This document shows positions 47,901-61,339 of a stretch of 64,000 nt of DNA, piece by piece (positions within the stretch are counted from its first letter, which is position 1; each line of letters starts with the position of its first letter). The translations under genes and the position numbers were made by a program. Source of the stretch: Neoechinorhynchus agilis. Its lineage: Eukaryota > Animalia > Acanthocephala. The stretch lies in contig CM121341.1 of assembly GCA_051530055.1 (NCBI GenBank), forward strand, positions 13,122,784 through 13,186,783, read 5' to 3'. A model generated the notes under the pieces. That model was not told where the DNA came from and searched no databases. It worked only from the letters and a program-made list of their open reading frames with translations.

Positions 47901-50900
47901 AAATCTCTTTAGATACAACTACCGTAATCATTGTTCGCATCTTACGAATAAACGAAACTTCAGTTTGAATCAATTCCCATATAGCGTCCTGTTGTGCTTT
48001 ATCATCTTCACTTAGAGTCTATAGGTGACTCGGGCATTATTAAAATGCAACAAAATCAATCTATAACCTTTTTATAATTATCAGAAACATAAGTTTGCCA
48101 ATCTTCATGGGGAGGTGGAAGATCCTCTTTGTGACCAGTGAGATGATAGTCCATACACTCGGCACTCTTCAGTCTTGCTTCTATCATATGGAAATGATCA
48201 TCACGATTGTAAACTTCCTCGCTGAGCTAAACGATTGGAGTCCTCAAAAGTGCAATAAAACCAGCACACCAGACTCCCTTGAGTGCAGAGAATTCAAGAT
48301 CAGCCTACTTATTGTTACCGCTTCCTACTTTCAGTGCCATTATATACCCCAGGGAACTATTCAATCACTGATGAGTGCGGTGGTAACGAAGAAAAACTAT
48401 TTAGGTGGTTGATATTCGGTCTTATGCCTGATGGACAACTGGATGTTTTATTGCGAGATAATGAACGAAAATGACAGTTGAATGGGAAATGCAAATAATT
48501 TGTCATGAGATATAGGGAATGTGATATCGGAAACGAGTATGTCAATTACAACTGACTATATTCGTTAATTGCAGCAGCGCTGAATTGGAACCCTCACGTT
48601 TTAATTGAATCGGCGATGGATAAGAAGAGTGAGCGTGGGCAGAATTTTTATTAAAAGTGGTACCCGAGAAATCTGACGAACGCCAGGCCAATCTTTAGGC
48701 TAGATTTGTCAAGGTCGTTGCAAATGGCAGCGTCTGCGTCAAAATGAGGGTAGTAAAACAGTTTAATTTAGAGCTAATCACACAGAGATTTTTTAGTTTT
48801 TCGTTTCTAAACAAATAATATTGTTATCGGGATTTAATTCTATAATTTAAGAATTAGAAATTTATTCCGTTTGTCTTGATACATTTCGTTATTATATAGG
48901 AGTTTTAACATTAAGGTAGTGAAAATGGTGTTCATGATCAAATTATACTACAAGGATTTGAATTTGTTGGATGAATTTAATTACCAATACTTTTTTGATG
49001 GATATGGGTAAGTTCTTGAGATTTTTCTCCTAAAATAGTCATTTTTTTAAAAGAAGCTTTGGAAAGATTGATAGAATTTCACAATAATTGTTAAATGCAA
49101 AATTTGTAAAGTACCTACGAAAATTCCCTTTTGGTGTAAAAAGAGTTCCTTCCCTGTTTTCTTCGTAAACATTTATCAGGTGTACGCACAAACGATTTCT
49201 ATCTAAAAAGTCAATCTCGGGACTAACGTCAATGATTGATCCCTGAACAGTAGTACAGCAATACATGACTTTCTGGTTGACAACCCCAGATTGCAGTGGA
49301 GGGTAATCTGAAAACCATAGAAATGTAGGAATGCTTCACTGTTGATGCATTAGCAAGGAGATTTAACGGTTCTTCGCGTCGAAAAAAAGAACCTCGAACA
49401 TTTTTACGTGGATTCTGACAATGTTTCCTTAGTATGTGTGCTGACAAATTCCGCGTTTTTTACGGTTGCCTCCTCATTTGTTCCACGTAACCCATCGTAT
49501 ACTTAAGGCGATTGCATAATAATATGTTACAGGATTTAGGCAATGGACGCCAAGCAAGAAGGTCCATAGTACCGAGGACGCGTATAAAAAAACTCCTGGG
49601 TACCATGAAACGAAGGTAAAACCACTGTTTCGTAAGAGCAGAATGAGGAAATCCTTTTAAATGTGGGAGAAATGCCCGAGATTTAATCACCTGGATTTCC
49701 GGTTCTACGTGTTTTTTTCGGGCGAAATCCAGTAACCGATTTCTGTATCTGTCTCGCAAAAGAATCCATTTCGACATTCTTCTTTAAAACGCGTCTAAAG
49801 ATCTCCGCAGTTTTAGATACTTTAAACAGTCAGATGTGTGCTAGATATTTGCATTTTTGTAGATATTTAAAATGATTCGGGCGGGCAAGGGAATTTGTTC
49901 GGTTATCTGACTACTAAAGCCGCCTTAAACCACCAAGTACAAACACACACACATTAGCGTTATCGTAATTTGCCATTTAAAACTCAAAAGGCGTTCATTG
50001 TACTAGTTTTCATAGACTAACCTCAACGATAGTCAAACAAGGTTACAATCTCTTTTAGAAAAATTGAATGCTGATGATATGCCTCGTCTCACACTTGGTG
50101 TGCAACTCGCTTCCTTAGTTATGAAAGTGAAACGCCAAATAATAGTCCTACTAGTTGACTATAAAAAAAGGAAAACCCACGAGTTCACTAATTTAAACGT
50201 CTGCCCTAGCAACACAATTAACCTACCATTCTCCTGTTTTGAGCAAAGGTCATCCTTCTGTGGGCTGTTTGAGTCGAATGCTGGCGCTTAGTCAGTGCAT
50301 TAATTGAGTGTAAAGCAGCAGGGACCATCTCATCGAGACTGGCACCAACGTCAGTCATGCTGTCATCCTAAATTAGAAGTTACGGTTTAGTCCGCGATTT
50401 AAAGGACTTTGTGTCCTAAAAGCCAAGGAGATGGAAAAGGCAAACAAATAGGGAGGGAGAGGGGTAAACGAAGCAGAACAAGAACCCATTGTTGGAACCG
50501 TGTGTAAGGGTTCAAGGACGGACGCTTAACCTGCTCTAAATTTTGTCCTCAATGCGAATTCCATGGAGCAGTTCGAAATCGAGTCCAAGGAGAAACAGAC
50601 TCTTAAATGTGCACGCTTTTTAGATGAAGGGCGTATAATGTACATGTCCAACCCAAAAAATTAAACTTCCATAGAGATTCAAACGTTATTCTCGGAGACC
50701 GCCACTATAGCATTCTTTTTTGAAGAGTTTCACGATGTATAGGTACGTTCAAGTAAGTGGGATTCCATCACGATATCTTAAAATGTCAGCAATAATTTTG
50801 CCTGAGATTCATGGATTTTTTTATCGATGCCCTAAAAACGATGTAGGTGTTCAAACGTACAGGAGACTTTAAACCGAATCAAATTTAATGAAACACCTGA

Positions 50901-53537
50901 AATTTCCTACATTTATATAGTGTGACCGTTTCGATTCACATCCCATTTTATACTGGGGAAATCAGATTCATTATCGCTAATCGATGATCACTGGAACAAA
51001 ACGATGTCCTCTCCTGAAAATCTACTTAGAAAGTATGAACCTAACTCAATTCTAGATACAATCTATAAATAGTAAACAGGGATCCGGAATATGTTTATTT
51101 CACAGGATTATGTAATAGAACGGCGATTCGAGAGTCGCAAATTTATTGCCAGAATTTACGAACAAAAATTCAAATCAATGAATTTTGAACTGCAGTTTGA
51201 AAATTAAAAACCAAAACGATCAATAATTTCTTTTTTCGTTGGCTCGTTTCGTTTTTAGAATTTCAATATTGATCGGAATTATCGACGATTACTTGCATCT
51301 AAAGGGATCATTCAAAAATGATCAAACTGAATATAGAATTTTTTGAACACTAATAACATAAATGTGGACCGTAGGATAAAGCCACTTTGTTTCTGGTAAA
51401 AAATATTTTCTCCTATGAGATCATGGACTGTTCAATCTGACGCCACGTTCTAATGGCATCCAAAAGGAGTATCTTTACCAACACAATAAGTTTTCTTTTC
51501 ATCATAGGCACTCCGAGCGGGCTGGGGCATTTAGCCGGAATGTAAACAATAGATCTTTAAAAGAGATTAGTCAATTAGAACTCATTATGCACGAAAACTC
51601 TCGCTTTAAATTTTCCTTTGTTTGATTTAAAGGTGGAATATTTTCGGGCATTAGCGCATGTGCTAAGAATTTATTAAAGGAATTAATAAATATTTTAAAA
51701 CGTTATAATTATTCACTTGGATCTTAAACCATGAATTAAAAGCGAAATCTGGTCGAATTTTTTATTTCGTTTCTACAAATATTTGAGTCCCCAATGGTGA
51801 AGAAATTGTCACTTGTGCGAAAAAGTAGAACTCTTCCATTTAGACTTCCAGTCAATTCTCGGTTTATTCGTCAAAAAGGATTTACTCTAAGACGGACTAA
51901 AATATTAGAATTATTGTTTAGAAGTCTTGACCCGATAAATAATTTTTATTAAAGACGTTCTGCGAACCTCGCCGGGTAGTGAGAATTGATGATGAACCCG
52001 ACGAGGTTCGCAGAACGTCTTTAATAAAAAAAATCCTTTGCCAGGTGAAGACTTCTAAACAATAATTCTAATCAAATACCCCAGGACTTCACATATCGAC
52101 AGTTGTATTAAAACATAGACCGTGTAGTATGATTAAGAAAATATTTTTTCATTTGTGAGAAGTGTCTCATCTCTTTTTAAGATTAATAACATTATATTGA
52201 ACCTTACAAGTCACCTATCAATGGTACCCTTTTCAAAAAATCTTTATCGTTCCAAAAATGGTTATTATAATCGTTGCCGTGATTCGGGTTTGATCCTCAG
52301 CGAAGGGCGAGTAAACTGTTAGCGATAAGCATACCGCGAAAGCTTCCTCGTTTACTTGCTGACGAACCTGAACATCGTTTTCTGTAAAGTTGAAGGCAAC
52401 GCTGACATTTCTGCCTTTTTCCCATTTCGATTGATAATAGTACCGACAATTGCAGTGAAGTATTGAAAACACTCATCTTTGCATAGTACGAAACCTATTA
52501 TATGGGTATAAGTAAAAAAACCCGTCACTATTCGTGATCTCTATTTCTGTATTTTTATTTCCTAAGAATGTAAATGAAATATAAAATTGTTAGCTTAAGC
52601 CTTTGAAAATCATATTCATCTATATGAATGCATAAGCCATTTAAACTACAAAAAGGAGCTTGACATCATTATTATAAACTGACTTATACTCACAAATGAG
52701 CGAGTTTTCAATAGATGAAGCATTTTTCGCTTCTTTTCAGAATACATTAGAGAAAAACTTTGCATGGTGTTTCGCAGTACTTAGCGAAACGCATTGTGAA
52801 GTTGCAAATAGTAACGAACAATGCCACTGGCGGATGATTTTCGTCGGTGCTAAGGAGCAAATTAGCAACAGAATTCGCAGGTTTTCCTTGAGACTTTTAC
52901 GCGTTAGCAAATCTACCATCCTTCAATTGAATTCCGCATTCTCACCTCCTACTTTCCGCCTTTAACGGAACAAAAAGCGATCCATTGTCTGAAGTAATGG
53001 AATGTGGTAGTCTGCCTTCTAATGAAACCCGTCTAGGTGTCCCGGAACGAAAACCCGTGAGACTAATAGCACCTACCTCATCGTCATTTTCATTAATAAA
53101 ATCCAAATTTCGATTAGATGGTGCCAGTCGACTATGATTTGACGAATCACTGATGTTGTAGCTTAAAGAACGACGCGCTAAATCCCATCGCATCTTCCAA
53201 TCATTGTCGATCCCTTTTATATTAGGAAAAAGACGTAAATCCACCTGTCAAAACAGCTTTTTGGTTCTCGTTACCTTTTACAATGACAACCAATCCAGCG
53301 ACATATCGTGAGGATTCAATTGAGTCAGGCAGAGGAGTATTTGAGTTGTTGACGTATAAGCTGAAATGCTTAACCTTTTCGAAGTATTTACTCAATGCGA
53401 GTTTAATCCTATCTCTGTATAAGAATATAAATAATTCGGTGAGAAGATAGTTTTTTACCTTAATGGATCATCGGAGGTGGACAGGGTTTCCTGGTATTTC
53501 CGCCCGTTGTACTCAAAAATCACTGAGAATGTCTCCT
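44984..53537 (-). CDS. PLEKHG5-like RhoGEF (RBD-like, DH and PH domains), many exons; the middle exons (48.5-52.9 kb) and the 5' end are only partly resolved
   Basis: QQDAIWELIQTEVSFIRKM (47.9 kb), SFLDLFIQPMQRLTKYKLLLEAILK (47.3 kb), PH-like GILKMKDNKEKIDVYCYLLSDML (45.9 kb), ubiquitin-like FSVIFEYNGRKY...LYVNNSNTPL (53.3-53.5 kb); all resolved introns are GT-AG. Confidence 0.75.
51903..52072. mobile_element. Foldback element (family B), nearly fully palindromic
   Basis: attagaattattgtttagaagtctt / aagacttctaaacaataattctaat plus an inner tttattaaagacgttctgcgaacctcg inverted pair; TTGATGAT-GAACC-CGACGA-GGTTC core. Confidence 0.8.
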
Positions 53538-56500
53538 AAACGACAGAAATGTGGTGATCACCTGCAGCAAAAATGTCTTATTGTTTACTAAGCCTAAAAA
53601 CAAACCGAGGTCGCTAAGCCAAAGTCTGAAGCTCTCCGCTTTAATTGAAGCAGATAGCAAGCAGTTTGCTTTGTTTCATACATCGTGAGTACTGCCTAAG
53701 CTTTGCTTAGCACATTGCTAACCTTATTTATTGGTAAAGATTCGGTTGACTAGACATAATCGGGAGGATATGGAGTGTTGTGAAATCCCCTCACTGTGTG
53801 CCAGTTGTAGGGAGTGCAAGATGGCATTAAGCGTGTGAACATTCATGAGTAGAGCTCGTCGCAGAAGATGGAAACGCATTAATGAGTGCTGCAAAAAAGC
53901 GGATCATGTCAACCTGCGATTTCTCAACAGGGCTCAATCAAATCCTGGCTCTACGATTTAAGCTAGGCACCAACCATTAAGTGCTTATTGAAGGTGTAAC
54001 AGCGATGATTCCTTTGATTTTTCTTCGACTAGCAAATACGGGAGGTAATGGGTTTCACGCTGTTATGATTTTACGAAAAAATGCCGCCTCAAGGGAGCCA
54101 GATTGATGTTTAGATATTACACACACATTTACTATCATCATCCGCTGAGCTCGATGAAATTTTTTGTAAGCTATACATCGAGAGTGAGTCGTCGAGAAAT
54201 GTAGGCCTTGTCATAGAAGGAAGAGTTAATAGAAGGCTCATATTGCTGTATCGCATAAACGCTTCAAGTGGCGCTCAAGGTTAGGCTCCTGGATCTGATG
54301 TACTAAAACCGGAATTAAAAATAAGACTTTAATTGTGGTTACACCGAGATAAATTCTATAATTTTTAACTTACGGAAAATCTCGAAGTTATAAACGTAGA
54401 GCTTCTCTTAGCTCTTCGGTTGCTTAACATTTACACTTCAAATTCCGGAATCAATATAAAAATAGGTTTCATTTTGCACGTTTGGTGAAACTTTTACCTC
54501 TTGCTCACAAAAGTCAACGACAACTTCCAAACCTCTCGATGAGTCAAATGAATGAGCTGTAGAGAAGTAAGGTGCTGATAGTGAACCGGGAACTAAATAT
54601 AGGCGCAGAACCGTTCAGCGGATAATGGTCGGCAGCGAGCTCTACAGATGTGCCCTAGTTGCTTGAAAGCGCAGCGGAAATGTTGCAAAATGTGACTATT
54701 TGTCGAACTCGTTGAAGGATTTGCTATTTGGCCATTGCTAAAGTCCTCCTATCCTAGGCAATAAGCGCCGTCTTCTCTAATTTTTTTGCTTGCTTAGATA
54801 TGAGCGCAGAAATGCTGCGCATTCTTAATATCGTGCACTGGTTCTGGGTACTTCGTAGATTTATTGTTTTATAGGGCATCCAGCGGGAATAAAAGTCAAA
54901 TTAATAATCTGTCTTTAAAAGGTAATGGCTCCACTACCAATGAAACCTCATGAATAATGGTCGAACCTTTTTTAAGTTGAGAAAAGAAGAACGAAGGTTT
55001 CGTGATTGGCGTCTGCACAGCAAAGTTGGAAAGTCCGCAAAAATATTGAGACTTGAAACACTGCAACTGAACTTCGATCTCATATGGGACTAAATAATAA
55101 AAAATAGGATTAAAAGTGGATTGATATGAAAGATTCAGCTTACCTTCACAAAGAAGCTAGTGCCTGATTTTCCTCTCTGACTTTTATCTGACGAAGATCC
55201 TGTAGGGAAGTGAGGAAAGCAGGTTATCATTGTATGTGTATGTGGTCGAGACTGATTTAATTTTGGTTGCGTTAAGATTTTGGGATAAATTAGAGATCAA
55301 GACAACACCCGACGGGACGGATTTAATTTCAAAAAATTAAGTATTTCGATTCTTGGCACTATGAAAGGATTTTCGAGGTCGAATTTTCTGCAGAAGATGA
55401 GTATGCAAATCCAACCTGCCATTCCGCAGTTCCACAAAATATTCATGAGCATCGTTTCCAAAGGAGACTGTGCAAAGTGGTGGTTGTGGCAAACTTGTTT
55501 ATGCCCTTCTTTCAACAGAACTTTGCCATTGTCTTCTCCTTGAAAAAGAACATTTCTAGTGTACACCGACCTTTTTGTACATACTGAATAACCTTCGAGA
55601 GAAGTTCCCGAAACTGGGCAGATCGGAAGTGAACACTCAAATGTTCGACGGTGCCGCCGTGATTTTGAGTGTGAAACGAAAACCGACACCCATTGTCAAA
55701 CGTTGCCGATTACACAAGTGAGTGCTCATTGCGCTCTCTCGATATCTTTTTAGAAGTGCATGACAATGTACCTCTCGATTTTTTCCGGACGATTCTCAGT
55801 GTATTTGTATCTTTGTTTGACATCTCAAAAGCTGTTTTTAGGTTCCTGGGAGCATGGAAACCAAGCGAACACACGTTGAAGTGTACGCTAGACAAAAGAG
55901 CATGCTTTATAAATTTAATAAAAATATTGCCTAGTTTTGAACAAGTCGCTTTAAGTGTCCCAAGCTTCCCATTTGACGGTAAACAAAGAGGGAAAATTCG
56001 TATTTCTAAAGAACCAAAATCCCGTTTCACCGTCTTCTCTCTCCTCCATTATGTTCAACTTTGTATTTAGAATTTCTCTGAATGACAAAAGTGCTGGCTT
56101 AATAGAGAAAAAGCACAATTTAAAGACCTTTGGGGAACATTAGACGCCTGAATCCTTCCATTTTCAACAGTTTTGTTCTTTATGGTTATCCATTGCTTGT
56201 TCTCCTAAGAATTTGTGGTGTCTTCCAATAACTCGTCTAGGGGTATTGAGTGTTTTTGTCGTTTCTGAGGTACATATTTTTCTACAAAAAGGTTCTTTTC
56301 TGCGTCCTTAAAAATCGACCGAATTGAACTTTTAGTGACAAAAAGCGTTCATTTTGTGTTGGAGACAAAAAGATTGATTCGCAATGAAGGTTCTCTTTGT
56401 GCATCTCGATTCTTCGATTTATAACGACAAAAATCTAACTTCTCCATATCGAGTTTCCCACGCACACCCATATTTGCTCATACTGGAACGGAAAGTAGAT

Positions 56501-59281
56501 CTTGTCTGTGAACGAATATGGAACCGTTTTGTTCGCTAAAGGTGCACCGCTCAATCCTCAGAAAGCGATTTAGACATTCTCTAGAACACGCACACAATGC
56601 GTGACCCCTTAAAACCTTTTATCAAAAGCTCCCTGCCACTGCATTTCGCTAAGAGTTGTCAGTCTCTCCATTGTCCGCAATAAAAATTCTGTTGCAATAA
56701 AGACATTTGTGACAATCTCCGTAAGGTGCCGTTATTTGACACCTCCCTAGGGAATATCAAAGATTGCGATAATCTCAGTTTTTTATTTTGAATATCAAAG
56801 TTTAAAGAAAATTGAACGGGTTATTGGCATTTATGCTTGCGATAACGTACATGACGCTGCCTGTATTCACTTGATATCCGTATCTCTCACCTTAGGCGAC
56901 AAATGACACCTTGTGATCGAGCACTCTATCGCTTCCCATGTCATTCCGACTTCAGAATATCGAAAAGGATTGATTGATGAAATCAGTCTTGGAATGCTTA
57001 CTTCGCAAACGGTGTCAGATGTGTCTTTAAAAAATGATCCACGTTTAAACTCAGATAATCGAGCTCAATCTACATAAAAAGACTTGATTAATTAAACATG
57101 CTTTATGTCCATGACTTTCAATCACATATTCCTACATTCTCAACGATCGATCTACGTGCCAAATTCACTTTCTAGCACGCTGTACATCTCTATTCTCGAA
57201 CACAACTTATTCATCGACTCTCATATACACCATTTTTTAAAAACATTCTCTACATCAAATTTTGTAACTTCTAAATCTTCAGCGTTCGGGCCTTTCCATA
57301 ATTAATTCGCCTTCCTCCCATGTTCGAACAATTCCAATGTAGGATTTCACTCTGTACCACGGATTCAGCGTGAACTGTGTTAAAGGTACAACATGAATCT
57401 TTTCAACTTTAACTTTTGGCCAACACTTATCGCTCGGACGAACTAAGTGCGGTTCGTATTAAGAAATTCGGTCCAAATTAATCTTTTGGCGCTTTTTTTC
57501 ATTTCAAAATCTCTTCTCGTCATTTTTGATATCTGATAAGCTTTACCTTATCACTTAGTCTCATATTCTACTAAAGAAATTTGGTTTCAAAGTCAAGTAG
57601 TCATAAAATGTTCATTAAGCGAACACTCGCTGGTTTCCATTATCCTCGAACTCATTAGTCGATATATTTTTATTCATTATAGATAAAAAATCCTTCAGGA
57701 TAATCAATGTATAATTTTAATGAGCATAATAACGGGCATGACATATTTGATCTATTTTAGGTTACCTCGTTTTCTTAATAATATTTATAATATAAGAATT
57801 AGACCCATGTACCTTTAGTTCCCCTTAAACAAGCGGTTGTTGATTTTTGAGTGGATTACTGGTTCGGTCGTGTGGGAATATCTGGCTGGATGACGTAGTT
57901 CTAAAAGATAATTCAAACCTTTTGTCCATTAATTGCTATTCGTTTTAAACGGAGCTGATTCAGTGTCCGATTTAAGTTTATTAAGCGTGAATTAAAGTCA
58001 CAGAAAAGTTCGCAATGAAATCCTCGAAATGAACTTTTTTTATCTAATCCGAAAAAAAACGTGAATCTTGTTGTGAAGGCTACTGAAATGAAAAGTCATA
58101 AATTCCGACCGCTTGACATGAGTAGCAATCATTCATAACGCCGTAAATGTGGCTTGCTTTCTTTATCAACAAATCGTATTCAATCACCGAGACTATTTCC
58201 GTTTGTTAATTTCTCAATCTATGAGAAAGGACGAACGAATGATGAAAAATTGATGTTTGCTTCAAATTCTTTTCCTGGTCCACGTGCAAACATTGCCATT
58301 TTTTATGTAACCTTGATGGATACCGTGTTTTTTCTGGAGCTGTCGTATAGAATAGTAATTTTGACATTATTCCGGTTGATTAATGCTGTGATTTTCACGC
58401 TCTGGTGTCAAAGCGAAAAATGTTTCGCTGGCATTCGCAGTATGCGTTTCGAGGATTCTAACATAATGATTACTGATGGAATAAGTCGTTCCTTTGCAAG
58501 AATTAGATATACGATAATCAAAGGCGAAAGTTGAATGATACGCATAGAGACGGTTCGGTCCCCGAATACTGCTACGTTTTAAAAGGAAATATTTTCGTTA
58601 AATTTCAAATATCGTTATGCCAATATGACGAATAAATCTCACAAGACTAAGCGGCTATTTGTCGTCCATGGAAAATAAATTCCGCTATCTTAGTTGAACA
58701 TTGGGAACAGGGTGATATTTCAAATCGCTTTACTCATGGTTCCGAAAAATGAAATGCGACTATAATTTTGTACCTGAAATCAATAAAAAATTCTATTTCT
58801 TTAAAAACGTTAATCTTTATCTCATTAAATGCAAGATTATTTTCCTAATTGCATTACAAGACCATTTAAAAATCAATGCCCAGATCACATTATTCAACGA
58901 CAAAAAATTGCTAAATATTATGCCATACAAAAATTCTAACTTCAGAGACTAGAATGCACTTTTCTTGCCTCGATTCATTTCGTCGCTCACGCACTCGTGC
59001 GCATTCAACACTGAAAAAGTATTACGTGAGCTTAGGGTTTTGCACATAATTGAAAAACGGGATCCATTTCCGTTGGGGTTTGGCATAAAGACTTGGTGAG
59101 GCCCAATGCAAACTTCGTCGCAAACAAATTGCATAACTTTGGTCGCAGTATGTTTGTGCTACTATTAGCATTCTCAGCTGCAGAGGAGAACTGTGCCATC
59201 ATCGGCGTCCGCTTTCTAAGTTATCCCATCCTTTAACAACTGGTTACCCAAAACTGAGCGTTGTAGAGACGGTTTTTCTAC

Positions 59282-61283
59282 ATGGAAGAGTCCGAAGAAC
59301 AAAACGAAACGGCTTCTTTGCTCAAGGGCATTCTTGAGTCCTGTGATAATACCGATCCCGAATCTCTTGCTAAGCCATTGTTTCTTTTTTTGCTCTTAAA
59401 AGAAGAAACAATGTAGTGAATCACTGATAAGAGAATCCCGATTGACTTCTGAGATGCTTTTGAAATATTTAAAGTTCAATACAAATGAAGTCTCGGATAT
59501 TTTAAAAGCAGCTACATACATCTTAGTCGAAAATCAGTATTTCGAACCGGGCTTGTTTGTCCAAGACCCACCTAAAATGTTTCGACTCGCAAAAAGCTCT
59601 TTAATAGACATGTTCGCCATTTCAAATCTTATCCGAACTTACATTCAATGCGTGTTCCCAAAACTTTCAATTCTAAAGACCACTCTTGAACAGTTCATAT
59701 TTAGTCCAAAATCACTCTGCTTCGCTATCATCGGAATAGTTAGATTTTTCAATAAAAGTTCAATGGAGTATCATCGAATGCGAGCGTTTATCCATCTTCA
59801 GTTACCTCAAATACTGGAATCGTCTATCGAGCTTATTAGTAAATGTTGCGAGGAATTACATATCGATTTGCCTGATATGGACCGCCGATCGGGTTATTTA
59901 CCTTTGTCCGCCATTGCATCCGATCCACGCATTTTGTTCGACAATTATGAAAAAGAAGTTCCGTGGATTTTGGCAGATGACAGTATCGACCAGCAAATGT
60001 ACTGCGACGAAATCGCTGGTACTGTAAATCGATTCTCGACCAAATCACAGTCTGGTTTTATGACGGGATCTGATTACGGATGTTTAGCATTGGCAAGGTT
60101 TTGTCTCGATTCAGGTTTTGATCCAAATTGTGATTCTCATCTCAATTCGTGGATCAATTACATTATAAAGTGGAGGTCAGTTGACGTGGAGATAGTCGGC
60201 GACGACGATGTCGGGAATTGGTCTTCGTGGCTGTCTGGAGCCGTGACCAATATTCATAATTGGTTAACTCGAGAAACGACTCTAGAGGACGCTTATAAAA
60301 TAACCGTTTCCTCACGTCGATTCTCATCGGTCACAATCGTGCTTAATTATCTTGTCGCTGCATCCAAAGTGCGAATGGGTCTTACGAATTCAGGAAAGAT
60401 TGAACGCTTAGACAAGATTGCGAAAAACATAGAAACGGCAATGAAAGAGGATATTGAGTGTCCTCCACATGAAGACTTTGATACGAGGATTTTGTTTGCC
60501 TTTAAAATCATCGAGCAGCACAATTTGACGAATTAGAACGTTATCCATGTGGAACTAATCCTTATCCAGATGGATTGCGCTCGATCAGATTCAGTCATAA
60601 GAAATAAGCTCGAGATTGCTCATTGTACGGAGAGCGAGGATTTACCCAAAATCGGCCATATAATCCCAGCGGCCACTCATCTTGATAGAGATGATTTTCA
60701 GCAACTCCTAGGCTGGATTTTCTCCAGAATTCCACAGAAAAACATGAAACCTACAAGAGCTCGACTATGTTCAATGGCAACGTCACTTACAATGTTAAGA
60801 CCTGAGTACGCGTTTGAAAAGATATATCGGGATTATGTCGAGGTATTAAAATGCAAAAACGAAAAGGAATTAATATCTGGTCCCTATAATCAAACAATAA
60901 TTATCTGTTCGAGATTATCAGCCCTTCTTTCCTCAAGTGATTATCAATTAAAAATTCAAGAGTATTTTCATACTACTGTTGAGAAACTCATAACCGAAGT
61001 TTCTATTATTACCTCGCCGGTTGACGGCTACTTTATATTTCGGATTCAATTCGTGATTAACCTTTCACATCAAATGGTCGAATCGAATATCGGCAATTTC
61101 AAAATACCTTCACGACTTTCCAATATTATTATATCGCTTAACATGGATGGTATTAAAATCGATCGGATACTATGGATCACTGATGACTATAGTAATGTAA
61201 CCGAACATTTACGAAGCAAGCAGTATTTAAATTCAACGAGGTCCGCTATTGCAAAAATATTTGCCGGCAGTGTAAACCAATAA
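59282..61283 (+). CDS. Hypothetical helical protein of ~630 aa; exons ~59282-59374, 59415-60508, 60587-61283
   Basis: ATG at 59282; the two long ORFs are in the same frame and separated by a single TAG inside a hairpin segment; no domain recognised. Confidence 0.65.
59375..59414 (+). other. Intron of ~37-40 nt with a perfect terminal stem (non-canonical or GT-AG reading both possible)
   Basis: cattgtttctt/aagaaacaatg (11 bp perfect) at the frame switch; a GT-AG alternative 59380-59416 also restores the frame. Confidence 0.5.
60509..60586 (+). other. Candidate non-canonical hairpin intron, ~78 nt
   Basis: Contains in-frame TAG 60534-60536; stem atcgagc/gctcgat (7 bp) extending past bulges; the nearest frame-preserving GT-AG option is 108 nt. 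Confidence 0.5.
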
Positions 61284-61339
61284 ATTTGCTTTAGAAATTT
61301 TTTCGACGAAAATATTATCGATTTATAGAGATTATTAAT

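Noticed and set aside
52696-52965. Plus-strand ORFs overlapping minus-strand genes (also 3283-3489, 9642-9878, 14236-14493, 55693-56070)
   Set aside because: Short antisense shadows without independent motifs.
55297-56500. Long minus-strand frame with scattered stops, as a gene or as RhoGEF 5' exons
   Set aside because: Multiple stops, no splice model and no recognisable domain; possibly decayed coding DNA.
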